Below, piece by piece: positions 23,848 through 38,000 of a stretch of DNA of 64,000 nt. This DNA comes from Eledone cirrhosa (lineage: Eukaryota). Made by a program: the position numbers and the translations under genes. The stretch is from positions 26,908,001 to 26,972,000 of the forward strand of contig OZ024758.1 in NCBI GenBank assembly GCA_964016885.1. The letters run 5' to 3'. Within the stretch, counting starts at the first letter, position 1. The number at the start of each line of letters is the position of its first letter. The notes under the pieces are model-generated. The model searched no databases. It saw nothing but the letters and a program-made list of their open reading frames with translations, and was not told the origin of the DNA.

Positions 23848-24473
23848 TAATGTAAATTGATAATAATCATAAAAATAAAAATAATCTTTTTTGCTTCAAT
23901 TTTTATTTCACATAATACTTTTTTATGTTTTTCTGAATCAGTCATTTAAAAAAATATTGTGTGATCAAAGTATGAATGTGTGAGGTAGAAATGTAAAACT
24001 AACTTAATTTTGTTTTTTATATATAATTTCTTACAGTTTCATCTGATTACTGCTCACAGTCCATCCACCTACAACAAGGCTATTCACTTCTATATTTCTA
24101 ATTATCTACCAATTCTTTCTTTCATCTCTCACCTTTGACTGGCCTTCTGTTTCATGAATAGTTTGTTAATCAGAAATGATTACTGTATGGGCTAAGGTTC
24201 TGGTGTGTGTTCAATCTACCACGAGAAGTCTCTGCCAGTCACATGTAACGACCATTGATGATATGCTGCCGTTAATAACATGCAAGTATTGACAGTCGAA
24301 AACAACAATATCTATTTCACTAAACCTGTGATCTTTCACATTGCTGATTAAGCATTTTTGTTTCAATAAACATCATTTACATGGAAGTTTCAACTGACTT
24401 CATTTATTTCATTTCTTGTTTTACTTTTCTTTATAATGTATTGAGTCTTATAATATATTAGAAATGTTTGTAT

Positions 24474-24877
24474 TATCATCATCATCATCATCATCATTTC
24501 ATTTTACGTCCGCTTTTTCCCTGCTTGCAAGGGTGGGACGAGAACTGATTCTGGCTTGATTTCTACAGCTGGATGCCCTTCCTAACGCCAACCTCATTTA
24601 CAGTGAGTGCTGGGTGCCTTTTTTTTCCGTGGCGCCTAAACGTCCACTTTACTGTGTGGGCTGGGTGCTTTTTTTGCCGTGGCACCTCCACGACCACTTT
24701 GCAGTGGAATGATATGGACCCTAGTCCCTATCATCTCATTACTACAGCTGAGTAAACTGGATCAATGTGAAATAAAGTGTCTTGCTCAAGGACACAACAC
24801 ATCACCCGGTCTGAGAATTGGACTCACAACCTTTCGATTGCAAGGCCAATGCTCTAACCACTAAACCATGTGCCTCT
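24474..24877 (-). mobile_element. SINE family S1 (two internal modules)
   Basis: Reverse complement of S1. Confidence 0.9.
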
Positions 24878-24954
24878 ATGTATATATATATATATATGTG
24901 TATACATACACACACACGTATGTATATATGTCCACATACATACATCCTTATATA

Positions 24955-26522
24955 CATATACATACATCCTCACATACATGTACATACATCCTCACACACA
25001 TGCATGTACATACATCCACACATATATATACATGTACATACATTCACACATATATATATACATGTACATACATCCACACACATGCATGTACATACATTCA
25101 CACATATATATACATGTACATACATCCACACATATATATACATGTACATACATCCACACATATATATACATGTACATACATTCACACATATATATACATG
25201 TACATACATCCACACATATATATACATGTACATACATTCACACATATATATATACATGTACATACATCCACACACATGCATGTACATACATTCACACATA
25301 TATATACATGTACATACATCCACACATATATATATATACATGTACATACATCCACACACATGCATGTACATACATCCACACATATATATACATGTACATA
25401 CATCCACACACATGCATGTACATACATTCACACATATATATACATGTACATACATCCACACATATATATACATGTACATACATCCACACATATATATACA
25501 TGTACATACATTCACACATATATATACATGTACATACATCCACACATATATATACATGTACATACATTCACACATATATATATACATGTACATACATCCA
25601 CACACATGCATGTACATACATTCACACATATATATACATGTACATACATCCACACATATATATACATGTACATACATCCACACATATATATACATGTACA
25701 TACATTCACACATATATATACATGTACATACATCCACACATATATATACATGTACATACATTCACACATATATATATACATGTACATACATCCACACACA
25801 TGCATGTACATACATTCACACATATATATACATGTACATACATCCACACATATATATATATACATGTACATACATCCACACACATGCATGTACATACATC
25901 CACACATATATATACATGTACATACATCCACACATATATATACATGTACATACATTCACACATATATATACATGTACATACATCCACACATATATATACA
26001 TGTACATACATCCACACATATATATACATGTACATACATTCACACATATATATATACATGTACATACATCCACACACATGCATGTACATACATTCACACA
26101 TATATATACATGTACATACATCCACACATATATATATATACATGTACATACATCCACACACATGCATGTACATACATCCACACATATATATACATGTACA
26201 TACATCCACACATGTATATACATGTACATACATCCACACATATATATACATGTACATACATTCACACATATATATATACATGTACATCCACACACATGCA
26301 TGTACATACATTCACACATATATATACATGTACATACATTCATACATATATATATACATGTACATACATCCACACACATGCATGTACATACATCCACACA
26401 TGTATATACATGTACATACATTCACACACATATATACATGTACATACATCCACACATATATATACATGTACATACATCCACACATGTATATACATGTACA
26501 TCCACACACATATATATACATG
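24955..26522. repeat. 28-30 bp minisatellite derived from CA/TA microsatellite
   Basis: Unit catgtacatacat(c/t)cacacatatatata with variant cacacatgcatgta; stop-free in all three plus frames, which explains the 570-583 aa artefact ORFs. Confidence 0.95.
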
Positions 26523-26825
26523 TTTCATGCCTTTTACATTCTTTTATTTTTTCTACTTTTATCTTTTGAACATAAAAACAATTAATTTATATACAATTAA
26601 ATACTACAAAAACATTTAGTAATTAAAATAAAAGACTATTTAATTAAGACTCCTTTCAAAAGACTAACAAAAATACAAATCTATAAAATGAAATTATTGA
26701 TAGAATCAAAGTTTTCACTCAGAATAGAGAGGAAGGGTGAGGTATCATATATGAAATTAACCTCCTCTAATGATTTGGAAAAAAATAATTTAAAAAAAAT
26801 TGGATTGTTAATTCAAATGTTTATA

Positions 26826-27450
26826 CAGTGATATTCTGCTATAACAAAATTGACAGGATATAAAAAAAAATTCATTTTAATGAAAAATTCTTTGACAAGA
26901 TCAACTGAAACAAATCGAGCGCGTTTGTTAAAATTGAAAAAATTTCGTTATACTGAAAAATTCGTTATAATGGTATCTAAACTATAATAAAGTAAGAAGC
27001 GCGGGATTGGGTACGGTTTAAAAATTTTTTATCCCATTAGTAAAATAAGTTGGATTACTTTGAATAAAGAATGAATGAATATTACATAATTTATCTACTA
27101 AATTTCGTGGCTGTTCATTAAATATATTTTATTATTTATTTAAAGATTCACTTTAAAATTTTCAAATGTCAACACTTCCGGTGAAGATTGCTTAAATAAA
27201 TACTCATATATTTCCGTCACTAATTTTGTCCTAATGCAGTTTATATATATTATCGTCTTTTTTTTAATGACAGTGTAACACAGTCTTCGTTCAATTTCTG
27301 TGTATATTGTCAATTATGATTTTATTTGACATATCATATTTACATGTATATATACTTGCATATAATATCAATATACACACTACACATGCTAGCAGAAAAC
27401 CACCCAAAGGGTGGTTTTTCTGCTAGTTTGTTATAACAGAATTTTACCTG
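26826..27450. mobile_element. Non-autonomous Tc1/mariner/pogo-type DNA transposon
   Basis: TA-cagtgatattctgctataacaaa ... tttgttataacagaattttacctg-TA imperfect terminal inverted repeats; internal hairpin ctagcagaaaaccaccc-aaa-gggtggtttttctgctag near 27389-27426. Confidence 0.65.
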
Positions 27451-27686
27451 TATTATCTTTGGCTTTGTTTCTACAACTGAATGCCATTCCTAATGCCAAC
27501 CTCTTTACAGAAAGGGCATAAAAAAAAACAAGCAAATATTTGTTATCATTTGTTTTGAACTGTTTCAGCTCTACATTTGAAAAGAGGGGATTAGCCCTGA
27601 AATATGTTGAAATACACTCGGTAAAACATTACTTTGTTTTATTTTATTTGTCATCTTTTTCCTTCTATATATTTCTACCACATTGT

Positions 27687-28030
27687 AGGCACATGGCTTA
27701 GTGGTTAGAGCATTGATCTTGCAATCGAAAGGTTGTGAGTTCAATTCTCAGACCGGGTGATGTGTTGTTTCCTTGAGCAAGACACTTTATTTCACATTGC
27801 TCCAGTTTACTCAGCTGTAGAAATGAGATAATAGGGACTGGGGTCCCTATCATTCCACTGCAAAGTGGTCGTGGAGGTGCCACGGCAAAAAAAAAGCACC
27901 CAGCACTCACTGTAAATGAAGTTGGTGTTAGGAAGGGCATCCAGCTGTAGAAATCAAGCTAGGATTAGTTCTCGTCCCACCATTGCAAGCAGGGAAAAGC
28001 AGATGTAAAATGATGATGATGATGATGATG
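27687..28030 (+). mobile_element. SINE family S1
   Basis: Full S1 with a (tga)n tail. Confidence 0.9.
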
Positions 28031-28965
28031 TACTGGCTTGTTGAAACTTATGAGCCTTTTATTACATATCTTGCAATATTTCGTATTAATTACACATCTT
28101 TACTTTAGCTTACTATAAATCTTCACAAAAGGTCTGTCTTCTAGAAAAGGTTTTAATTTTTAATGTGATGCAGTCATAGTGCAATTTTATACTTTTCAAG
28201 AATGTCTTGCTAATGCATTTTCTTGTAGCACAGGACATTAATAGTTAATAACAATTCTATGTATTTGAAGAATTCATAGCTTGCTGAGAGTGGATATTCA
28301 AAACAACTTAAGTAAAATCACCCTTTCTTAATAATTGTTAAGGCTTGTAATCCATCTTTTGTATTTCTCACCAATTTTGATAGATGATTATTATTATTTT
28401 TCATGTCTACTTTCCATGTTGGCATGGGTTGGACAGTTATGTTGGCCTCAATTCTTATACAAAGTTACTGCTATCCTAGAAGAGTTGGAAGACCACATCT
28501 CTCTTGTATGTTCCAGTCTTATATGATTTCTACAGCTAGATGCTTTCATAAAATCAACCACTGCTAAATTTTCTGTCAAGTTTGGTTTATCTCCTTATAT
28601 TCTTGTTAATTTGTCATTTTATTGACTCTTTGGTTATTAACAACCTTAAATCCTATTTCCAATGCCTCTAGGTTTTCTAATTTTTGAAGGATTGTTAGTG
28701 ATTCCCTTCAGATATGACAAAAGTCTTTGGTTAGAATGTATGACTAAGGGATAAATTATTTATAGAAAGAATAACTGTTGAATCGGGATTAGTATAATTC
28801 AACCCTGGATATGCGAAATGCAGATATTTTGGTATATATAAAATTTTATATCAAACGACACTGGTATACTCTTTTACTCTTTTACCTGATTCAGCCATCC
28901 GGCTGAGGCCATGCTGTATATATATATGTATGTGTGTTAGTCCTGCAGGACTAAAAACAAAACCT

Positions 28966-30012
28966 ATATATAAAATTTTATGTCAAACACCACTGGTATA
29001 TAAACAATTTTATATCAAACACCACTGGTATATAAACAATTTTATATCAAACACCACTGATATATATATACAATTTTATATCAAACAGCACTGGTATATA
29101 TACAATTTTATATCAAACACCACTGGTATATAAACAATTTTATATCAAACATATACAATTTTATATCAAACACCACTGGTATATCACAATTTTATATCAA
29201 ACACCATTGGTATATATATATACAATTTTATATCAAACACCACTGGTATATATATACAATTTTGCATCAAACAACACTGGTATATATATACAATTTTATA
29301 TCAAACACTACTGGTATATATAAAATTTTATATCAAACGACACTAGTATATATACAATTTTATATCACACAACACTGGTATATATACAATTTTATATCAA
29401 ACACCACTGGTATATATATATACAATTTTATATCAAACGACACTAGTATATATACAATTTTATATCAAACGATAGTGGTATATATACAATTTTATATCAC
29501 ACAACACTGGTATATAAACAATTTTATATCAAACAACACTGGTATATAAACAATTTTATATCAAACAATACTGGTATATATAAAATTTTATATCAAACGA
29601 CACTAGTATATATACAATTTTATATCAAACGATAGTGGTATATATACAATTTTATATCAAACGATAGTGGTATATATACAATTTTATATCAAACACTGGT
29701 ATATAAACAATTTTATATCAAACACCACTGGTATATAAACAATTTTATATCAAACAATACTGGTATATATAAAATTTTATATCAAACGACACTAGTATAT
29801 ATACAATTTTATATCAAACACCACTGGTATATATATGCAATTTTATATCAAACAACACTGGTATATATATACAATTTTATATCAAACAACACTGGTATAT
29901 ATATATACAATTTTATATCAAACAACACTGGTATATATATACAATTTTATATCAAACAACACTGGTATATATATACAATTTTATATCAAACAACACTGGT
30001 ATATATATACAC
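28966..30012. repeat. About 32-36 bp AT-rich minisatellite, about 30 copies
   Basis: Unit tatatacaattttatatcaaacaacactggta with variable TA number; one more unit at about 28832-28868. Confidence 0.9.
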
Positions 30013-30431
30013 TTGAAGAAAAAGCATTGTTGGTCATTGATTGATATAGTATTGATTCTTGTCAAGCACGCTTACGATAAAAAATCCACAAAAACCTACC
30101 CATGACCATTTTGTCTTCTTGTATATCCAGAACTACATTATCCAATGTCCTTTCTTTTTTAAGATGGTAAGGGAGATTTGGCTGTTATGTTTATGAAGCT
30201 TGTCAATAGTTGAAGAGATATGTCACTTGTAGTAAGTTACGAGATATGCAGAGTGTAACTGATAAGTGGCTATTATGAGCTGGCTTAAGAGAGAACAGCA
30301 GCTATAGGAAATTATTGCTTGCCTTTTTATAATTGAAATATCATTTTATATATGTTCATATGTTAATGTTAGTATGTATATAGGGGGAAGGGGTATATAA
30401 CATATATATATTTATGTATATATGTACATAT

Positions 30432-30924
30432 GTGTGTTAGTCGTGCAGGACTAAAAACAAAACCTGTCAAAGGGCAAAGGAGCTCTTAAGAGTCAATGGC
30501 CATCCAAAATCACCGGGAGAGATGACCCCTTAGCCTTTGTCAAGGCAGAATTCTAGGAGAAGGAAAACTCTGATATAACACCTGCAACCCTGATGGTATC
30601 CAATGATGTTGACTTGTTCTTCTTTTTGGTAAATATCATCTTGGTTAAGAGAGTGGGACTGGCTTTGTGCAGTGCCTTTGCTCACTATAAAAGCTTCACG
30701 GCACAGGCATTGCTTTATATCTGGAGATATCTCTGCACTTGTCGTCACATGGTACCATGGGCCCAGCACTATGTGTCAATAATTGTCACAAGTGTAGTGT
30801 TTGTACCAGAGTTTTCAAGTCGCTGGCTGGACTAAAAAGTCACACTCGTTCAAGGCATCGGTAGGGGTTCTCCTACATGGATATAAAGTAGTGGCCGTAC
30901 TCGAAAACGAGTTGGCAGCCACCA
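30432..30924 (+). mobile_element. Internally deleted (bipartite) RTE-type non-autonomous element with a C2H2 zinc-finger ORF end
   Basis: 5' part resembles RTE 5' UTRs (ctaggagaaggaaaactctga); 30781-30864 translates NCHKCSVCTRVFKSLAGLKSHTRSRHR* (C-x2-C-x3-F-x5-L-x2-H-x4-H); 3' stem-loop ctcg-aaaa-cgag. Confidence 0.65.
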
Positions 30925-31188
30925 TGTGTATATATATATATATATATGTATGTATGCATGTATGTACATATGTATATATATGTGTGTATGTATGCATGTA
31001 TGTACATATGTATATATATGTGTGTATGTATGTATGTATGTACATATGTATATATATGTGTATGTATGTATGTACATATATGTGTGTGTGTATGTATGTA
31101 CATATGTATATATATATATATATATGTGTGCGTGTGTGTGTGTATATATGTATGTATGTGTATATATATATGTATGTATGTACATATG

Positions 31189-31224
<36 letters not shown>

Positions 31225-31465
31225 TGTGTATATATATGTATGTGTGTGTGTATATATATATGTATCTGTGTGTGTTATATGTATGTGTGTGTATATATAT
31301 ATATATGTATGTGTGTGTATATATATATATATGTATGTGTGTGTGTTATATGTATGTATGTGTATATATTATATATATATATATGCATGTGTGTGTGTGT
31401 GTGTATATGTATGTATGTGTATATATATATATATATATACACATATATATATATATATATATATA
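30925..31465. repeat. (TA)/(TG)/(TATG)n tract
   Basis: Direct inspection. Confidence 0.95.
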
Positions 31466-32965
31466 CACAACTAGGTGAAGATGAATGGCTTGTGAGAGCT
31501 ATACAAGCCATGTATAAAGAAACAGTCAGCAAGGTTAGAATTAACAACGAATATAGTGAAGAGTTTAGCGTAAAAGTTGGTGTTCATCAGGGCTCCGTCC
31601 TTAGCCCCCTCCTATTTATTATCACCCTCCAAGCTATAACGGAGGAGTTCAAGACCATGGGAACTCCTATACGCAGATGATCTAACGCTCATAGCCAAAT
31701 CAATGGCTGAACTAGAGAAGAAATTCCAAACATGGAAGCATGGCTTAGAATCAAAAGGCCTTAAAGTTAACTTGTCTAAGACTAAAGTCCTAATATGTAG
31801 GAAGGAGAATAGGGCACTGGTCCCATCTGGGAAATGACCATGGTCAGTGTGTAGGAAAGGAGTAGGCAGAAACTCCATTTTATGTCCCAAATGCAAAGTA
31901 TGGGTGCATAAAAGATGTAGTGGGATCACAGGTAAGCTAACTAAGAATATAGATTTTATATGTGGCCGGTGCTCTGGTGCAATAAGTAGCAGCAAATGCC
32001 CACAGAATACTAGCTCATTCCACTGCCCAGATGGTTCTTTAGAAATAGTGGACACCTTCCATTACATGGGTGACAAAATCAGCAGTGGTGGAGGGTGCTC
32101 TGAAAGGACAGTAGCTAGAATCCGAACGGGATGGAAAAAGTTCAGAGAGCTTATACCACTATTGGCCGCTAAAGGGTTCTCCCTAAAAATAAAAGGCAGG
32201 CGGTATGATGGGCCTTGTGTGCAGAGGATCTATGCAGACTGGAGAGGAACGAAGCTTGCATGCGCTGCTGGATGAGTAATAGTAATATACGCGAACGGCA
32301 AAGCATAAATGAACTAAGTGAGAAATTAGGAATAAGAGGGATCAGATGCTGTTTACTCGAGAGAAGACTACGTTGGTATGGTCACGTGATGTGCATGAAA
32401 GACGACAGCTGTATAAAAAAGTGGAGGGCGATGAAAATAGACGATAGATACGGAGTAGGCAGACGGAGAAAAACCTGGGACGACTTGATAAAATCCGACC
32501 TCACACACGTACACCTCTCCAAGACAATGTCACTGGACCGAGACCTTTGGCGTTACGTAGTAATACAGAAGACCCGCCTTGCCTAAGTACAAAGCAAAAC
32601 CTACAGTCAGTAGGCACCTCTTAACCAAAATACACCCCTGTCCCAACCCTACCCCCACCGCCATCTACACCACCCCTTTCGATGTAAAGCTATGTTGGTA
32701 CCACAACATCCAGTCCTAAATAAATGAGGTCGTGGAGGTGTCACGACAAAAAAACACACAGTCCATGCTGTAATGTGGCTGTGTAGGTAACAGAGTAAAA
32801 ACCTCCCAGTCCACACTGTAAATGTGGTTGGTATTAGGAAGGGCATCCAGCCGTAGAAAACCCGCCAGACAGTCCTGAGCAAGACAACCAATCTTGCCTC
32901 AAATGGGACAATTCCCATCCAGACCCATGCTAGCGTGGAAAATGGACGTTAAACGATGATGATAT
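31466..32965 (+). mobile_element. 5'-truncated RTE-clade LINE family 1; reverse transcriptase pseudogene + 3' UTR
   Basis: [14 protein letters not shown] (RT motif B'), frameshift, WELLYADDL (catalytic), Cys/His-rich insert, RIRTGWKKFREL, RRLRWYGHV...DRDLWR, stop at 32586; several frameshifts and stops; (gat)n tail. Confidence 0.92.
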
Positions 32966-33618
32966 TATGTGTGTATGTATATATATATATGTATGTGTGT
33001 GTGTATATATGTATGTGTATATATGTATATGTGTATGTGAGTGTATGAGCTAAGATAACACTTCTGAATAGTTTACACTCTTGAGAAACACTAGCTTTTA
33101 AACAAATCAGTTTTTTTTTTTGTTTTTTGTTCTTTTCCTAAGTGGCCTTTTGCTAAACATTTTGTCTGGAATGTCTTAATATAAATAACCATAGAAATCC
33201 AAATCTTCATTTTTCACAGAAAATTTAATTATGTCAACGACAAGAATGTAATTAAAAAATCTGTTGTATGGACATTTCTACTGTATGTCTTTAAAACATT
33301 GTATCTTATGAAGACTTTTATAACTAAATGAACTCTATGGAAATTTATGGTTTAATATGTAGAGTATATTGTCACACTTCAGTATTTCTTGGAACTGTGG
33401 TCTGTTATAGTTATCATATTCTTCCATGTATTGTGTATATTCGTGTATAACATGTACCCTCTTTTTGACCAGAAAAATATCTGGAAAAAGCCTAGTTTTG
33501 GGACATGTTTTTAGCGTTCTATCAAAAATCCAACACTACATTGCACACCCAGATACACAAGTGATGGCAGAATATTTATCAATGGAGGACATAGAAACAT
33601 AGAATAAATACACACATG

Positions 33619-34061
33619 GTGAAGGCATATAGCTTAGTGGTTAGAGCATTGGGCTTGTAATCGAAAAGTTGTGAGTTCAATTCTTGGACCAGGTGATGTG
33701 TTGTTTCCTTGAGCAAGACACTTTATTTCACATTGCTCCAGTTTATTCAGCTGTAGAGATGAGGTGATAGGACTGGAGTGCCTATTATTCCACTGCAAAG
33801 TGGTCGTGGAGGTGCCACGGCAAAAAAAGCACCCAGCCCACACTGTAAAGTGAACGTGTAGGCGCGATGGAAAAAAAGCAGCCAGCACTCACTGTAAATG
33901 AGGTTGGTGTTAGGAAGGGCATCCAGCTGTAGAAATCAAGCCAGAATCAGTTCTTGTAAGAGCAAGACACGGTCAGCCGACCGGACACTGCCCACAACAG
34001 GACAACCCGTCTAACCCATGCTAGCGTGGAAGAACGGACGTAAAACGGTGATGATGATGAT
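33619..34061 (+). mobile_element. SINE family S1, long-tail variant
   Basis: Full S1, two internal modules, tail as in the 7303 copy. Confidence 0.9.
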
Positions 34062-35081
34062 GGCTTTGTAGAAACTGTGGAATACACTGACATTTCAGAA
34101 ATACATGAAACATGTATACAGTATCAGTAAAACTGTATTCAAACATTTTAATACATAATATTGTATAAGAAATGTTACCATCAAAGTCAAAAGGTATTCA
34201 GTGCTGGTTGATTCTTGATAGAGTTTCCTGTCTTCTGCTGGCTGGTCTCTTGGTCTGAAAAAAAAGCTGGAAATATTTAATTATGGTGTACACCCTCAAA
34301 ACAAACAAGGAAAAAAGTTTTAAAAAACTGTGTGGTATGCACAGAAGAATGCAGTATATAGTGTTATATCAGATAAGCTGGGTAGTTGGTTGTTTCTTGA
34401 GTACTTTTTGGATGGGTAGATATGATTAATTATGTTTGTAAGATAATTACTGTCTGTTTTCAATTTAGTGATTACGTATTTGAGATGGTTTCTTATTTTA
34501 AGTAGCAATAACTAGATGTGGCCTTTCTGATCTGAGGGTTTTGAAAGAAAAGTTCATACTTCATGATATGGTCGTCTCTTCTTACAAGCAGGTTTTAAAA
34601 CTGAAACCTGATGCTATAATTTTCAATGCTTCTACAGGAACCATTACTTGACATTTTCTGCAGCCGTATGTTCTGGACAAGAAAATTGAGATAGCAAAAT
34701 AATGGAATGTTTTCAGCTATTTTCGCATGCTTTACTGAGAATTATTCAACAGCAAATGATAAACAACTATCCTGGGAATAAAAAAAATGCCAGGAGATTT
34801 GTAGATATGCTTTCTTATTGAGACTTCCACCACACCTGTTCCATCAGGAAGAATAGAAGAGCCAAAAGAATTTATATTAAAGGCAAGGGAAAAAGAAAAC
34901 AGCTCTGAAGAATGTGTGTTGGAAGATATAACTGACTGGGAGGAGAATATGATAGAGATAGATAGAGAGAGAGTGGCTCTTCAATTGTTGTCTTAAAGAA
35001 AAGAACAACTATAAAATGTTTCTGAAAATTTTGATAAAAACTAAGTAGATCAGGTATGGAATCTTGTAATAATTGTTTCTA

Positions 35082-38000
35082 ATTTAGGCACAAGGCCAGC
35101 AGTTTGTAGAGAGTGGTGGTACAAGGCCAGCAGTTTGAGGGGGAGGGGTGGTACAAGGCTAGTAGTTTGAGGGGGAGGGGTGGTACAAGGCTAGTAGTTT
35201 GAGGGGGAGGGGTGGTACAAGGCTAGTAGTTTGTAGAGAGGGGTGGTACAAGGCCAGTAGTTTGTAGAGAGTGGTGGTTCAAGGCCAGTAGTTTGTAGAG
35301 AATGGTGGTACAAGGCCAGCAGTTTGTAGAGAGTGGTGGTACAAGGCCAGCAGTTTGTAGAGAATGGTGGTTCAAGGCCAGCAGTTTGAGGGGGAGGGGT
35401 GGTACAAGGCTAGTAGTTTGAGGGGGAGGGGTGGTACAAGGCCAGTAGTTTGTAGAGAATGGTGGTACAAGGCCAGTAGTTTGAGGGGGAGGGGTGGTAC
35501 AAGGCTAGTAGTTTGAGGGGGAGGGGTGGTACAAGGCTAGTAGTTTGAGGGGGAGGGGTGGTACAAGGCCAGCAGTTTGAGGGGGAGGGGTGGTACAAGG
35601 CTAGTAGTTTGAGGGGGAGGGGTGGTACAAGGCCAGTAGTTTGAGGGGGAGGGGTGGTACAAGGCCAGCAGTTTGAGGGGGAGGGGTGGTACAAGGCTAG
35701 TAGTTTGAGGGGGAGGGGTGGTACAAGGCCAGTAGTTTGAGGGGGAGGGGTGGTACAAGGCCAGCAGTTTGAGGGGGAGGGGTGGTACAAGGCCAGTAGT
35801 TTGTAGAGAGGGGTGGTACAAGGCCAGTAGTTTGAGGGGGAGGGGTGGTACAAGGCCAGCAGTTTGAGGGGGAGGGGTGGTACAAGGCTAGTAGTTTGAG
35901 GGGGAGGGGTGGTACAAGGCCAGTAGTTTGAGGGGGAGGGGTGGTACAAGGCTAGTAGTTTGTAGAGAGGGGTGGTACAAGGCCAGTAGTTTGAGGGGGA
36001 GGGGTGGTACAAGGCCAGCAGTTTGAGGGGGAGGGGTGGTACAAGGCCAGCAGTTTGAGGGGGAGGGGTGGTACAAGGCTAGTAGTTTGTAGAGAGGGGT
36101 GGTACAAGGCCAGTAGTTTGAGGGGGAGGGGTGGTACAAGGCCAGTAGTTTGAGGGGGAGGGGTGGTACAAGGCTAGTAGTTTGAGGGGGAGGGGTGGTA
36201 CAAGACCAGCAGTTTGAGGGGGAGGGGTGGTACAAGGCCAGTAGTTTGTAGAGAGGGGTGGTACAAGGCCAGTAGTTTGAGGGGGAGGGGTGGTACAAGG
36301 CCAGTAGTTTGAGGGGGAGGGGTGGTACAAGGCCAGTAGTTTGAGGGGGAGGGGTGGTACAAGGCCAGTAGTTTGAGGGGGAGGGGTGGTACAAGGCTAG
36401 TAGTTTGAGGGGGAGGGGTGGTACAAGGCCAGTAGTTTGAGGGGGAGGGGTGGTACAAGGCCAGTAGTTTGAGGGGGAGGGGTGGTACAAGGCCAGTAGT
36501 TTGAGGGGGAGGGGTGGTACAAGGCTAGTAGTTTGAGGGGGAGGGGTGGTACAAGGCCAGTAGTTTGAGGGGGAGGGGTGGTACAAGGCCAGTAGTTTGA
36601 GGGGGAGGGGTGGTACAAGGCCAGTAGTTTGAGGGGGAGGGGTGGTACAAGGCTAGTAGTTTGAGGGGGAGGGGTGGTACAAGGCTAGTAGTTTGAGGGG
36701 GAGGGGTGGTACAAGGCCAGTAGTTTGAGGGGGAGGGGTGGTACAAGGCCAGTAGTTTGAGGGGGAGGGGTGGTACAAGGCCAGTAGTTTGAGGGGGAGG
36801 GGTGGTACAAGGCCAGTAGTTTGAGGGGGAGGGGTGGTACAAGGCCAGTAGTTTGAGGGGGAGGGGTGGTACAAGGCCAGTAGTTTGAGGGGGAGGGGTG
36901 GTACAAGGCCAGTAGTTTGAGGGGGAGGGGTGGTACAAGGCTAGTAGTTTGAGGGGGAGGGGTGGTACAAGGCTAGTAGTTTGAGGGGGAGGGGTGGTAC
37001 AAGGCCAGTAGTTTGAGGGGGAGGGTGGTACAAGGCCAGTAGTTTGAGGGGGAGGGGTGGTACAAGGCTAGTAGTTTGAGGGGGAGGGGTGGTACAAGGC
37101 CAGTAGTTTGAGGGGGAGGGGTGGTACAAGGCCAGTAGTTTGAGGGGGAGGGGTGGTACAAGGCTAGTAGTTTGAGGGGGAGGGGTGGTACAAGGCCAGT
37201 AGTTTGAGGGGGAGGGGTGGTACAAGGCTAGTAGTTTGAGGGGGAGGGGTGGTACAAGGCTAGTAGTTTGAGGGGGAGGGGTGGTACAAGGCTAGTAGTT
37301 TGAGGGGGAGGGGTGGTACAAGGCCAGTAGTTTGAGGGGGAGGGGTGGTACAAGGCCAGTAGTTTGAGGGGGAGGGGTGGTACAAGGCTAGTAGTTTGAG
37401 GGGGAGGGGTGGTACCAGGCTAGTAGTTTGAGGGGGAGGGGTGGTACAAGGCCAGTAGTTTGAGGGGGAGGGGTGGTACAAGGCTAGTAGTTTGAGGGGG
37501 AGGGGTGGTACAAGGCCAGTAGTTTGAGGGGGGAGGGGTGGTACAAGGCTAGTAGTTTGAGGGGGAGGGGTGGTACAAGGCTAGTAGTTTGAGGGGGAGG
37601 GGTGGTACAAGGCTAGTAGTTTGAGGGGGAGGGGTGGTACAAGGCCAGTAGTTTGAGGGGGAGGGGTGGTACAAGGCCAGTAGTTTGAGGGGGAGGGGTG
37701 GTACAAGGCTAGTAGTTTGAGGGGGAGGGGTGGTACCAGGCTAGTAGTTTGAGGGGGAGGGGTGGTACAAGGCCAGTAGTTTGAGGGGGAGGGGTGGTAC
37801 AAGGCCAGTAGTTTGAGGGGGAGGGGTGGTACAAGGCTAGTAGTTTGAGGGGGAGGGGTGGTACAAGGCTAGTAGTTTGAGGGGGAGGGGTGGTACAAGG
37901 CTAGTAGTTTGAGGGGGAGGGGTGGTACAAGGCTAGTAGTTTGAGGGGGAGGGGTGGTACAAAGCTAGTAGTTTGAGGGGGAGGGGTGGTACAAGGCCAG

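Noticed and set aside
24818-26619. Three overlapping 571-583 aa ORFs
   Set aside because: Read-through of a 28-30 bp CA/TA minisatellite that lacks stop codons; open in all three frames, low complexity
27560-27612. ttgaaaa-gagggg-attag-ccct-gaaa hammerhead-like string
   Set aside because: Core has two substitutions and no convincing stem I or cleavage triplet
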